Made by a program: the position numbers and the translations under genes
The notes under the pieces: model-generated
What the model saw: only the letters and a program-made list of their open reading frames with translations
The model's database searches: none
What the model was told of the DNA's origin: nothing
Source: an uncultured Clostridia bacterium
Lineage (GTDB): Bacteria > Bacillota > Clostridia > TANB77 > CAG-508
Reading direction: 5' to 3'
Length of the DNA: 64,000 nt
Assembly (NCBI GenBank): GCA_949155365.1
Contig: CASCUT010000001.1
Span: 64,515-128,514, forward strand
In this document: positions 1 to 9,805 of the stretch, piece after piece
Position numbering within the stretch: position 1 is the stretch's first letter
Layout: each line of letters starts with the position of its first letter

Positions 1-224
1 TTTTTACCCGTGTAACTTTTCCTTTCTCTTCTATCACTGTCCTTTGTTCTACCGTCTTTCTCAAATCGTAATCTCCCTTCAAAAAATAATATTTTTTGTG
101 AACAACAGTATCTTATAAAAAATATGCACTTGTATAATCATACCATAATTTTACATAATTTTCAAGTTTTTTTCTTTTGTTTTACAGTAACTCTCCTAAA
201 AATTTGTATTCCCCTTTTTTCCTT

Positions 225-704
225 TTATTTTATTGTTTCGTATTCATATTCTTTCATTTCATAATGCAATAAAGTATCTCCATCGTATTCATATTTAATG
301 GTAAAAAAGGGAGCATTGGCTCTTATTTTTCTTAAGAAAATTTTATCCCCTTCCCATAAGTTTAAATTTTCTATTTTTTCCTTTTCAACCCATTGTAAAT
401 CTCCTTCTTTGCACTCTTTTGTCAAGTTTCCTTCAAAATCATCTGAAGTAAATAGATAAATGTATTCTGTTTCACAAATAGTAGAAACAAAAGTTAAAAT
501 TCCTCTTAACTGACAACTTTTCAAAGTAAGATTGGTTTCTTCTTTTACCTCTCTTATTATGCATTCTTCTGGGCTCTCCTTTTCTTCAAACTTGCCTCCA
601 ATGCCAAGCCATTTTTCTTTGTTTATATCATTTTCTTTTTTCGTCCTATGTAGCATTAAGTATTTTCCATCTTTTTCAATATAACAAATGGTAGAAAGTA
701 TCAT
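225..704 (-). CDS. NUDIX hydrolase (MutT-like)
   Basis: Nudix box GGKFEEKESPEECIIREVKEETNL (Gx5Ex7REUxEE) in the 159-aa ORF. Confidence 0.8.
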   Translation of the reverse strand: MILSTICYIEKDGKYLMLHRTKKENDINKEKWLGIGGKFEEKESPEECIIREVKEETNLTLKSCQLRGILTFVSTICETEYIYLFTSDDFEGNLTKECKEGDLQWVEKEKIENLNLWEGDKIFLRKIRANAPFFTIKYEYDGDTLLHYEMKEYEYETIK

Positions 705-836
705 TTCTTTTGTTCCTCCTATTTTACTTTTTTGTTTTGACTTTATTGTACCCTATTTTAGATATATTGGCAATAAAAAAGCAATTCATTCTTTTCTATT
801 ATCTGAGATAAAAATGAATTGCTTTTCTTTCTTTTT

Positions 837-1313
837 TTACTTATCTTTTGAAGAGTCTCTTCTTTTTAGTTCTATGATGAATTCCTTTCTGAATTCACCA
901 TCTTTTTGTGTAATAGAAAAATAGTCAGACAGATGCTCTTGAAAATACTCCATTATTTCTTTATAATACTGAGTTGGTATTCTCATTTCTTCCATATATT
1001 CTCCTAATTCTGCGTTATTTCCTAGTACATCATATTTTGGTCCAAAAATTCTCCTATTAGAAAAATTTTTACCACCTATTTCAAATGAAACCATTGGGGG
1101 ATTACAATAAAATTCAGAGCCTTCCTGTTTTGTTATCCTTACTGCCCAAACTAATACTGTTGATTTTTTTGATTGATTAGAAATATTGAAAATTTCTAAT
1201 ATTTTCATCACTACTTCTTCAACAGCTTCTTTCTTCACCCTTTCACTTTCAATTCTTTCATTTGCTTCTTCTCTTTCTAAATAAATTTTCCGTGCTAACT
1301 CTTCTGCCTTCAT
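837..1313 (-). CDS. hypothetical protein
   Basis: 158-aa ORF with an AGGAGG RBS about 7 nt upstream of the ATG; no recognisable motif; codon 8 is an in-frame CGG. Confidence 0.4.
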   Translation of the reverse strand: MKAEELARKIYLEREEANERIESERVKKEAVEEVVMKILEIFNISNQSKKSTVLVWAVRITKQEGSEFYCNPPMVSFEIGGKNFSNRRIFGPKYDVLGNNAELGEYMEEMRIPTQYYKEIMEYFQEHLSDYFSITQKDGEFRKEFIIELKRRDSSKDK

Positions 1314-1405
1314 TCTTTTTCCTCCTATTGCTTCTTAATAATAATTAATTGGCTACTAATATAAAGTTACTTGCAAATCATATCATGTTTCACATAATTA
1401 GTCAA

Positions 1406-2626
1406 CTATTTTTTCTTTATTCTATATATCATTAGTCCAATTATGCTAATCCCTATTACAATACCTCCCATTACCCCTGCTATATTTCCCTTTTTCTTTT
1501 CTTCTTCCACTTTTCTATTTTCTTCTTTCTCTTCTTGTTCTAGCACAGCTGATAATTTTTCTGCTTGTATTTGTTGTTCTTGCTTATATTGCTGTTCTTC
1601 TTGCTCATTTCTTTGATGAACTATTATTTGATAGTTTTTACTAGTAACACCATCTTCTGCTAACACTTGTATTTGAATCGTATTATCTCCTACTTTCATG
1701 CTTTCACTTCCCAGGATTGTTACTTTTGCTTTTTCTTTTTGTGGAATAGCAAGCAAATCAATTTTATCGGTTTGCGATGGTATTTCTACTCTATATTTTG
1801 TATGGTTTGGGTCAAATTCAGGAATTAATGTTCCTTGTCTTATTGCTAAATTTTCCAAATTGGCATTTGCTAATTCTTTGTTTGCTGTTCTTGTTACCTG
1901 AATTTGATAGACCGCTTCTTTGCTTTTATCCTGTGACACAACACGAACTTCAATTTTATTTTCTCCCATTTTCAAATTCGTATTTCCTGTTATACTAACT
2001 GTCGCATATGGATTTTCTGGTATTGCTGTTACTTCTAAATTGGTAATACTACTATCTGCAATAAAATAGTAATCTTTTACTTCTTTTTCAAAGTCAGGAC
2101 TAATTCCTTCCTGATTTAATCTAAGCACTTTCAAATTAGTGTTATTCTCTTGTCCTTTTACTTCTTCTTGTTCTATCTTCTCCTTTTTCTCTTCTCTTTC
2201 CTCTGTTCGTAGGATTAAACTTCTACTTTCTATCTCTACCGCTTCTCCTTTGGTATTATAAGCTTCTGCTAATACTCTCATATTACTGTTTTTTTCTTGT
2301 AATACTTTAAATACAAATGCTTCTGTTTCTAAATTTACTTTATCTTGTCCTGTTTCACTTACCCAAGTATATAAAATTCGATGATTTGCGTAGTTTGCAT
2401 TCTCTGGTCCACTTAAATATTCTAACGGTTCCCTATCCCAATAAAGCTCTAATGTGTATGCACCAATTGGTACATCTCTAATTTGAATTTTGATACTAAT
2501 TTCTTCCCCTTTTTGGATTAGTTCTTTATCTGGTATTATTTCTATTTTTCCTTGTGCATAACATCCTTTTGCTAGTATAAATAACCATAAAATAGAAAAT
2601 AAAAATCCTATGCTCCATTTTTTCAT
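1406..2626 (-). CDS. cell-surface protein: signal peptide, cohesin-like domain, two cadherin-like beta-sandwich repeats, E/K-rich stalk, C-terminal TM anchor
   Basis: N-terminal signal peptide. Cohesin-like segment GKIEIIPDKELIQKGEEISIKIQIRDVPIGAYTLELYWDREPLEYLSG. Two repeats of the L..L....G.L.P.F......Y type (cadherin-like). C-terminal GGIVIGISIIGLMIYRIKKK. ATGA overlap with the upstream gene. Confidence 0.6.
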   Translation of the reverse strand: MKKWSIGFLFSILWLFILAKGCYAQGKIEIIPDKELIQKGEEISIKIQIRDVPIGAYTLELYWDREPLEYLSGPENANYANHRILYTWVSETGQDKVNLETEAFVFKVLQEKNSNMRVLAEAYNTKGEAVEIESRSLILRTEEREEKKEKIEQEEVKGQENNTNLKVLRLNQEGISPDFEKEVKDYYFIADSSITNLEVTAIPENPYATVSITGNTNLKMGENKIEVRVVSQDKSKEAVYQIQVTRTANKELANANLENLAIRQGTLIPEFDPNHTKYRVEIPSQTDKIDLLAIPQKEKAKVTILGSESMKVGDNTIQIQVLAEDGVTSKNYQIIVHQRNEQEEQQYKQEQQIQAEKLSAVLEQEEKEENRKVEEEKKKGNIAGVMGGIVIGISIIGLMIYRIKKK

Positions 2627-4924
2627 CTTTCTTCCTCCTCTTTTTTATCAAATCGTTCCGCTTCTATTGCTTTTTCTCTCTGCTGAATTGGCTTTAATCC
2701 TAAAATATGTCTTTGGATTAATAACGAATCTAGAGAAGATGGATTTTTTCCATTTTTATTAATGTTTCCTGCTTTTAAATATACTCCTTTTAATGGTTCT
2801 ATTTCTAAAATATGTCTTTGAAGAACCAACAAATCTGCACTATTAATTTTGCCATCTCCATTCACATCACCATAAAGAATAATATAATATTCCATCTTAA
2901 TAACATCTTTTTCATCTACTAATTGTATTCTACTACCAGTTCCTATTCGCTGTTCTTCTGTTAATTCTTGCCCTTTATTATTATATACTTGTATTCTATA
3001 AGAAGTTTGTATTTTATCTTTTACACTCGCTACCTCTAGTTTTTCCATATCCCAACCTGTAATTTCATTTTGCTCTACTCGAAGCTCTTCATCAAACTTA
3101 ATCTCTTCTTCTCCTAATTTTGGAACTACTGTTATTTGTATTTCCCTTGTTATCTTTGCTTCTTCTGTTTGCACCACAATTTTGGTGTTTCCTTCTTTCC
3201 TTGCTACAATGTTTCCAGTCTTATCTACCGTAGCAATTTCTTCCTTTTCTGAAGTATAGATTATATTTTGATTATCTGCATCAGAAGGAATACATACTGG
3301 CAAAATAACAAAACGGTCTCCCTCTTGCATTACCAAGCTATCTACATTAATTTGCATATCAGTTAAAGGAGTATATACTTGAAAACGTATGGAACTTGCT
3401 ACATTATTCTCCTTTGCTTTTACTTTAATATCGGCCATTCCTGACTGAATTGCTAATAAATTTCCTTGATTATCTACCGATAGTATATTAGGATTGCTTG
3501 AACTATATTCTATCTCATGATCTTTTGCTTCTTCTGGTATTATTTCTACTTTTAAGGTTTCGCTTTCCCCTTTATTAATTACCGTTCGATTTACGGATAA
3601 CTTTATCTGTTCAATTTGAACATTAGGGACCTCTTTTAGATAATTTTGAAACACATATCCCACAATGCCATTAGGAAGAATTACTCTATCCCATAACTCT
3701 CCTACCTGTCTACCTTTTTGAATTCTTGTCATAATCGTATTTCGGTCAATTCCGTGTAATCACTTCATAGGAGGTCGAAGGCCCACATCTAACATTTAAT
3801 GTTCCTGTTACATCTGCATATACTCTTGTATTATCTGGTAAATAATCATTTTCATTTACATTCGGGTTTGGCGTTGATAACGTTGGCATATTTTCATAAA
3901 CAGGAATAATAAATGTCATGCTATTATCTAACATACCAGTATTCACATAACCACTATAAATAGACCTAGACTCACTATAAGGTGCTAGTATATTCGTCAT
4001 ATATTGATGCCAAAACAACTCTTCATTGGTATTACTTGTAACATGAAATTTTTGTAGATATAAGGTATCTTGTCCTAAATGAATATAACTAGAACCAATA
4101 AAAATACCACCACCAGTAATTGCTTTTTCTTTGTTATCCCAAGGAATTAAATATTTGTCTTTAGTAGCTTGACTCGCTCCTTTTCCATCTCTTGCATACT
4201 GTAAACCATTTTTAATTGCTCCCATTGGTTCTGCTGAACTAGTTGCTCCAATATTATAGAAATTATAAAGTCCTTCAAAACCAGCTACTCTTCCACTAAT
4301 TGAACTATGTGATAGAAAAGGGCCCACTTCTTGTTTAATACGAGATGCCAAATGATAAGTACTTACATTTGCCGTTCGTCCAGCAGATAAAATGAGGTCA
4401 GAATATTTACTGTTCATTGTGATAACATTTCCTGTACTTGTTACATAATCTACAATTCGGTTATAGAATTCTGTTCCATATAATACTTTTTCAATTCCTT
4501 GCAGATTGTTAGTTTTCTCATCATAAGATAACGCTTCGAACTGGAACATACGTACTTCGTTTAAAAAGTTTCTAGGGTCCATTGTATATTCTAATGCCCT
4601 TCTTGAGCAATCTACCCACCCTGCATCTACTTCAACATTATATTGTCCTGGTGTTGTATTTTTCCAACGGTCTGAATACGATTTTGGCACCAGACTTCTA
4701 CCAAATTTATTTTCATTATCCAACACATAATTCCAATCTAAATTCGTATATACCGATATAAATCTCCAATCTGGATGATTTTTTTGTAATTCACGCAAAT
4801 ATGGCTGATAACTTTCTGGAAAACTTTCAATTCCCTCTCTTCTATCTGCAGCATAAGATGTCTGCATCATTGCTATTAAGATACTTATTCCTATTAAGAT
4901 GAAAAGAATTTTAATCTGCTTCAT
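2623..4924 (-). pseudogene. GH73 N-acetylglucosaminidase - SH3b - Big_2 repeats - dockerin autolysin; reading frame broken at 3751-3754
   Basis: ORF 3746-4963 has a signal peptide (MKQIKILFILIGISILIAMMQTSYA) and GH73-type motifs (ASRIKQEVG, YNFYNIGA, GQDTLYLQKFHV), then starts an SH3b domain. ORF 2623-3732 finishes the SH3b (GELWDRVILPNGIVGYVFQNYL), then carries Big_2 repeats and a duplicated dockerin (GDVNGDGKINSADLLVLQRHIL / GNINKNGKNPSSLDSLLIQRHIL). The two frames differ by one base at ACA CGG AAT TGA. Confidence 0.75.
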
Positions 4925-5597
4925 TGCTTCTATTTCCTTCCTTATTTTCGATTGCTTGTACAATTAACCTATTTTGCGAATAATTAACACACGTGATTAG
5001 CGTTACCATTCTATTTCCATTCGTTTCTTGGTTAATTGGTGCTGTATTTTGAGGTTTTACTTTGTAAATATTACATATAGTATAAGCAATTTTTCCATTT
5101 TTATTATCTGTTAAATACAATTCATCTCCTATTTCCAAATCAATTAAATGGTTAAACATATTTTCTTTTTCATAATTATGACCTGCTATACAAAAATTTC
5201 CTATCTCATTTGGCTCTGGTCCCCAGAATTTTGAGGCACATACTTTCATTCCTTCTGAGTTATACTGTTTCAAAACATTTGTGTCTAACTTGATTTTTGG
5301 AACTTCCAATTTTGCAATTACTTCATATTCCAAATATGTTTCTGGAATTTTCTCTATTTCAATAGGAACTACCAACTTAGTTTGTTCTATGGTAATTTCT
5401 TGTTCTGGCACTTTACCTTCTTCTACTAACGGAACTCTATTTTCTTTGTAGATTCCAACACCAGCATAAACTCCAATGAAAAAGAGAAGTACTATAATAC
5501 CTATTCGAAATTTTTTTCTAATATTTTGCTTTCTTCTTTCCTTTCTAGTTATTCTTTCACTCATAAAATTCCCTCTTATCCTTATGTAATTATCCAA
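4911..5597 (-). CDS. sortase (cysteine transpeptidase)
   Basis: N-terminal TM anchor, conserved His (FCIAGHNY), TLITC catalytic Cys motif and downstream Arg (NRLIVQA). Confidence 0.8.
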   Translation of the reverse strand: MDNYIRIRGNFMSERITRKERRKQNIRKKFRIGIIVLLFFIGVYAGVGIYKENRVPLVEEGKVPEQEITIEQTKLVVPIEIEKIPETYLEYEVIAKLEVPKIKLDTNVLKQYNSEGMKVCASKFWGPEPNEIGNFCIAGHNYEKENMFNHLIDLEIGDELYLTDNKNGKIAYTICNIYKVKPQNTAPINQETNGNRMVTLITCVNYSQNRLIVQAIENKEGNRSNEAD

Positions 5598-5772
5598 ACT
5601 TATTTATCCATTTTTATATTCATTCATAGGAACAATTAGTAGTTTCTTACTCTTCAAAGCCTTTTCTCTAGCAGACTTTTCTTTGAAGAGCAAGCACTCT
5701 ACTAATCACTCCTATGTTTCTTTTTCAATCATCCTTTTCTCTACAATATTGTTATTCCATTCTTACCACTTT

Positions 5773-6822
5773 TTAGTTTTTATCTTTTCTTTTCAAAACA
5801 GCATAAGAACTAATTAAAATAGCAACGACAAGTATTAAACCTAAATAGATAGTATTACCCGTCTTTGGTAATGTTGTTGGAGTTTGTGATTCACTACTTG
5901 TTCCTGTTTCAGGAGTTGTTGGGGTTGTTGGTTTCGTATTATCTGGCGTTTCAGGAGTTTCTGGTGTCACTTGCTCTGGTGTTTCTTTTGCATTAATTCG
6001 GAACGTTTTACTGGCAATAACCGCATCTGAATTTTCTCTATCGATTAATTTTAAAGTAATCGCATATTCTCCTTTTGCTGTAAAAATACCTCTTGCTTGC
6101 ATACGTTTTACCATATCTTTACCACCAATTTTATCTCCTTGAGGATCTCCCCATCCACTTTGAACAATATCATGCTCTAAGTTTTGACTATCCGTCGCAA
6201 GAAGTTTTACACTTCCTCCTTCTGGCGCTACCACTTCTGCAACAATTCTTGCCTTTTCATAATTTTTTCCCATACTAGAAGAAATGACAATTTCCATATC
6301 TTTTTCTTCATTTATGATAACATCTCCTGTATAATTAAGTGCAATTTTATAATCCTCATACACTGGCTCTACCATTACATCCTTTATAATTGGTGTTGTA
6401 ACATCATCATAAGTAATAGAAGCATCTGGATTTGCTAGCCCTTCTAATGTAATACTAAAATCCGTTGGATTTGACGTTGTAATTGCGTCTTTTGCCTTAA
6501 AAGTAACAGACATACTATTTCGTGGTGTACTTCCACCTGTTTGATCATAATAATACGCTTTTACTTTTGTACCTGTATCATTCGCTGTTGCACCTTCTAC
6601 ACTAACATATTCAAATAAATTATTATCATAATCTACATTTGCTGTATAGGACCCTAAATCTTGTCCAAACGCAATATTCACAATTACATTTTCACCAGGA
6701 TGAACGGTTTGTTTATTTGTTGTAATTTCAATTGTATCTAATGTTGCTGCATACATAGAAGTAGAAAATATAAGCAAAAATAAAACAGCAAAAATTGTTA
6801 CAATACTTACTATTTTTTTCAT
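5773..6822 (-). CDS. LPXTG-anchored surface protein with N-terminal cohesin-like domain
   Basis: Signal peptide. Cohesin-like TLDTIEITTNKQTVHPGENVIVNIAFGQDLGSYTANVDYDNNLFEYVSVEG. P/T-rich linker. LPKTG followed by a hydrophobic stretch and KRKDKN tail. Confidence 0.75.
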   Translation of the reverse strand: MKKIVSIVTIFAVLFLLIFSTSMYAATLDTIEITTNKQTVHPGENVIVNIAFGQDLGSYTANVDYDNNLFEYVSVEGATANDTGTKVKAYYYDQTGGSTPRNSMSVTFKAKDAITTSNPTDFSITLEGLANPDASITYDDVTTPIIKDVMVEPVYEDYKIALNYTGDVIINEEKDMEIVISSSMGKNYEKARIVAEVVAPEGGSVKLLATDSQNLEHDIVQSGWGDPQGDKIGGKDMVKRMQARGIFTAKGEYAITLKLIDRENSDAVIASKTFRINAKETPEQVTPETPETPDNTKPTTPTTPETGTSSESQTPTTLPKTGNTIYLGLILVVAILISSYAVLKRKDKN

Positions 6823-7017
6823 AAAAATTTTCCTCCTTTTTTGATTTTATAGTAAATATTATGTCATTTTTTCTGTTTTTTAGTTTAGAAAGTTTTTGCG
6901 AACCAGGAATTTTTTTCCAATTTCAAATTTTAATTTGCGCCCTTAACATTAAAAAGAACTCCACCAAAGACATAATTCTGTCCTTGTTAGAGTTCTCCCT
7001 CGTTATCTTTTGCTTGT

Positions 7018-7446
7018 CTACTCCCCGCTCCATCTGTATGGTGGATCGCTTGAATAAAACGAATCGTATGTCATTTTATTGACTGATATAATTGTTTCAA
7101 TATCAAATATAGTGCTTCTTCCTCTCACATAAGGATGATAGATTTCAACTTTCCCTTTTAAATCTTCTCCATCTCTATAGCTTTTGTATGTCTCATCATC
7201 CATAAATCCTAAAGCTCTTGAATATCCTAATGGAGAAGATTTCTCCCCATACATTACCTTTACCAACGTTGTTGCGTTTTCATACTTTACAAAATGATTT
7301 TCTACTGGCGTTATAGCTTCTTTTATAATAGGTCCAATCGTAAAAGCTACCATTGCCAATAAAACGATGACTGCCCAAGTTTCGTCAAACCATTTGTGAA
7401 ACCGATTTTTATACTTTTTCGCTTGATGAACAGGTTTCATTATCAT
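7018..7446 (-). CDS. hypothetical membrane-anchored protein
   Basis: 142-aa ORF with one N-terminal TM segment (WAVIVLLAMVAFTIGPII); no recognisable motif. Confidence 0.4.
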   Translation of the reverse strand: MIMKPVHQAKKYKNRFHKWFDETWAVIVLLAMVAFTIGPIIKEAITPVENHFVKYENATTLVKVMYGEKSSPLGYSRALGFMDDETYKSYRDGEDLKGKVEIYHPYVRGRSTIFDIETIISVNKMTYDSFYSSDPPYRWSGE

Positions 7447-7550
7447 CTCTCTTTTCCTCCTTAAATTATAATTATTTTTTAAGTTACAAAGTATTACATT
7501 GCTATTTTATCATTTTTATGGATTTATGTCAACATTTATATCTAAATTTG

Positions 7551-7991
7551 TTATTCTTCACAATGCTCACAATGATGCTCTTTTAAACTACATTTTATTC
7601 TAATTTCTTCTTCTGTTAATTTTCCTTCTTTTCGATAATAATCTGCAATTGCTTCATGAATTGCTTCTTCTGCAAGAACAGAACAGTGTAATTTCACTGG
7701 TGGCAAACCATCTAATGCTTTTACTACATCTCCGTTTTTTAATGCTAATGCTTCTTCTAATGTTTTTCCTTTTATCAAATCTGTTGAAATACTACTTGTT
7801 GCAATTGCTGCTCCACAACCAAACGTTTTAAATTTAACATCTACAATTCGATTATTTTCCACTTTAATAAACATCTTCATAATGTCTCCACAAACTGGGT
7901 TTCCTACTTCCCCAATCCCAGAAGCATCTTCTATTTTTCCTACATTTCTTGGACTTGTGTAGTGTTCTACAACTTTATCTGAATATTCCAT
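7551..7991 (-). CDS. nifU: Fe-S cluster assembly scaffold NifU/IscU
   Basis: MEYSDKVVEHYTSPRNVG..., GNPVCGDIM, FKTFGCGAAIATSS, LHCSVLAEEA. The ATG overlaps the nifS stop (TAATG). Confidence 0.9.
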   Translation of the reverse strand: MEYSDKVVEHYTSPRNVGKIEDASGIGEVGNPVCGDIMKMFIKVENNRIVDVKFKTFGCGAAIATSSISTDLIKGKTLEEALALKNGDVVKALDGLPPVKLHCSVLAEEAIHEAIADYYRKEGKLTEEEIRIKCSLKEHHCEHCEE

Positions 7992-9175
7992 TATTTCATT
8001 TCTCCTTTTTCTATAAATTCTTCCCATAATGGGGACATTTCTCTTAATCTTCCTACAATTTCTACTAGACTTTCTACTAAATAATCCACTTCTTCTTTGG
8101 TATTATATTTTCCGATTGATATTCTCAAAGAACCATGCGCTATTTCATGAGGAAGACCAATCGCAAGTAATACATGAGATGGATCTAAAGAACCTGATGT
8201 GCAAGCACTTCCACTAGAAGCACAAATTCCTTTTAAATCTAAATTTAAAAGAAGTCCTTCTCCTTCAATAAATCGGAACGAAATATTGCTATTACCAGGT
8301 AGTCTATGTTCCATATCTCCATTTATCCTAATATAAGGAATTTTCTCTTTTACTTGTTGTACATAGTAATCTCTTAGCTCTTTTATTTTTTGATTGTGTT
8401 CTTCTAGCTTTTCATAAGCAAGTTCAATTGCTTTTCCCATTCCTACAATGCCAGGAACATTTTCTGTCCCAGCTCTTTTATTTCTTTCTTGATGTCCTCC
8501 TTGGATTAATTTATCAAATATAACTCCTTTTCTTACATAAAGTCCACCAATTCCTTTTGGCCCATAGAATTTATGGCCAGAAAATGAAAGAGCATCAATA
8601 TTAAGAGCTTTTACATCAATTGCAACACTTCCTATTGCTTGTACTGCATCTGTGTGAAAGAATATTTTATTTTCTTTTGCCATTTTTCCAATCTCATCAA
8701 TTGGCTGAATTGTTCCTATCTCGTTATTTGCAAACATAACACTAATCAAAATAGTAGATGGTTTAATTGCTTTTTTAAATTCTTCTAAATCCAAAATGCC
8801 ATCTTGATTAACTCCAATATAACTAACTTCAAATCCTTCTTTTTCTAATTGTTTGCAAGTTTCAAGTACTGCAGGATGTTCAATTTTAGAAGTAATAATA
8901 TGATTTCCTTTTTCTTTATAATGATACGCAATTCCTTTTATTGCTGTATTATCACTTTCACTACCGCCAGCGGTAAAATAAATTTCATTTGGCTCACTAT
9001 TTAACGCTTTTGCTATCCTTTCTCTTGCTTCTTCTACTGCTTTTCGATTTGCTCTACCAATTTGATAAATAGAGGATGGATTCCCATAATTTTCTTCTAA
9101 ATATGGTAACATTTCCTTTAGTACTTCCTCATCTAACTTAGTAGTAGCACTATTATCAAAATATATCTGTTTCAT
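7991..9175 (-). CDS. nifS: cysteine desulfurase NifS/IscS family
   Basis: IYFDNSATT, PLP-lysine region FSGHKFYGPKGIGGLY, active-site SSGSACTSG. Confidence 0.9.
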   Translation of the reverse strand: MKQIYFDNSATTKLDEEVLKEMLPYLEENYGNPSSIYQIGRANRKAVEEARERIAKALNSEPNEIYFTAGGSESDNTAIKGIAYHYKEKGNHIITSKIEHPAVLETCKQLEKEGFEVSYIGVNQDGILDLEEFKKAIKPSTILISVMFANNEIGTIQPIDEIGKMAKENKIFFHTDAVQAIGSVAIDVKALNIDALSFSGHKFYGPKGIGGLYVRKGVIFDKLIQGGHQERNKRAGTENVPGIVGMGKAIELAYEKLEEHNQKIKELRDYYVQQVKEKIPYIRINGDMEHRLPGNSNISFRFIEGEGLLLNLDLKGICASSGSACTSGSLDPSHVLLAIGLPHEIAHGSLRISIGKYNTKEEVDYLVESLVEIVGRLREMSPLWEEFIEKGEMK

Positions 9176-9267
9176 TTTTATCTTCCTTTCCTAGTAAACT
9201 AGTATGAATTATAAATCTCAATTCCTACTTTGTCAATAGGAATTAAGAAATTTAGAAAAACAACTTT

Positions 9268-9348
9268 AAAGACGGTTCTAAAAATTTCTTAATTGTAGAT
9301 AACTAAATCAAGTTATTCACATATTAGAAATTTTCAGAACCGTCCCTA
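9268..9348. repeat. GGGAC-core element, subfamily A-like inverted-repeat pair
   Basis: GACGGTTCTAAAAATTTCTTAAT (9271-9293) and its near reverse complement ATTAGAAATTTTCAGAACCGTCCC (9323-9346), between the Rrf2 gene and nifS. Confidence 0.7.
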
Positions 9349-9355
9349 ACATTTA

Positions 9356-9754
9356 TTATTTCATTAAGTCTTCTAAGGTTTTACTATTTACATATTCGTT
9401 AATTGTATTGTCTAGTCCCTTCCAAAAAGCATGGGTTTTACAATTTTCTTTTCTTGTGCAAGTTCCTTCTTCTGTTAGACAGTCAATAGGAGTTAACTCT
9501 CCCTCCGTTGCTCTTAGGATTTCTCCTATGGTGTATTCATTTGCTTTTTTGGCTAGTCGATATCCTCCATTATTTCCTCTTGCTGTTTCTAAGTATCCCT
9601 TTTTCGCTAGTTTTGCAATAATTTGTTCTAGATATTTATTAGATATTTCTTGTCTTTCTGCTATCTCTTTTAAGGAGATAAAATTTCCATTTTCATTCAT
9701 CGCTAAGTCAAGCATTACTCTTAGAGCATATCTTCCCTTTGTTGATATTTTCAT
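9356..9754 (-). CDS. Rrf2-family transcriptional regulator (IscR/CymR-like)
   Basis: MKISTKGRYALRVMLDLA... winged-helix N-terminus and a Cys cluster (C..C.....C) typical of Fe-S-binding Rrf2 proteins; sits upstream of nifS-nifU. Confidence 0.85.
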   Translation of the reverse strand: MKISTKGRYALRVMLDLAMNENGNFISLKEIAERQEISNKYLEQIIAKLAKKGYLETARGNNGGYRLAKKANEYTIGEILRATEGELTPIDCLTEEGTCTRKENCKTHAFWKGLDNTINEYVNSKTLEDLMK

Positions 9755-9805
9755 TCTCTTCTTCCTCCTATTGTGATTATACTACTAAACTAGTAGGATT
9801 TGCAA

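Noticed and set aside
1-224. Possible gene start on the minus strand at about 69 (GAAGGGAG RBS, TTG start, MRKTVEQRTVIEEKGKVTRVK...) with a TTGAAA-17-TATGAT promoter at about 135-163
   Set aside because: Only about 23 codons are visible before the window edge, and the start is non-ATG. This is too little evidence to report as a feature.
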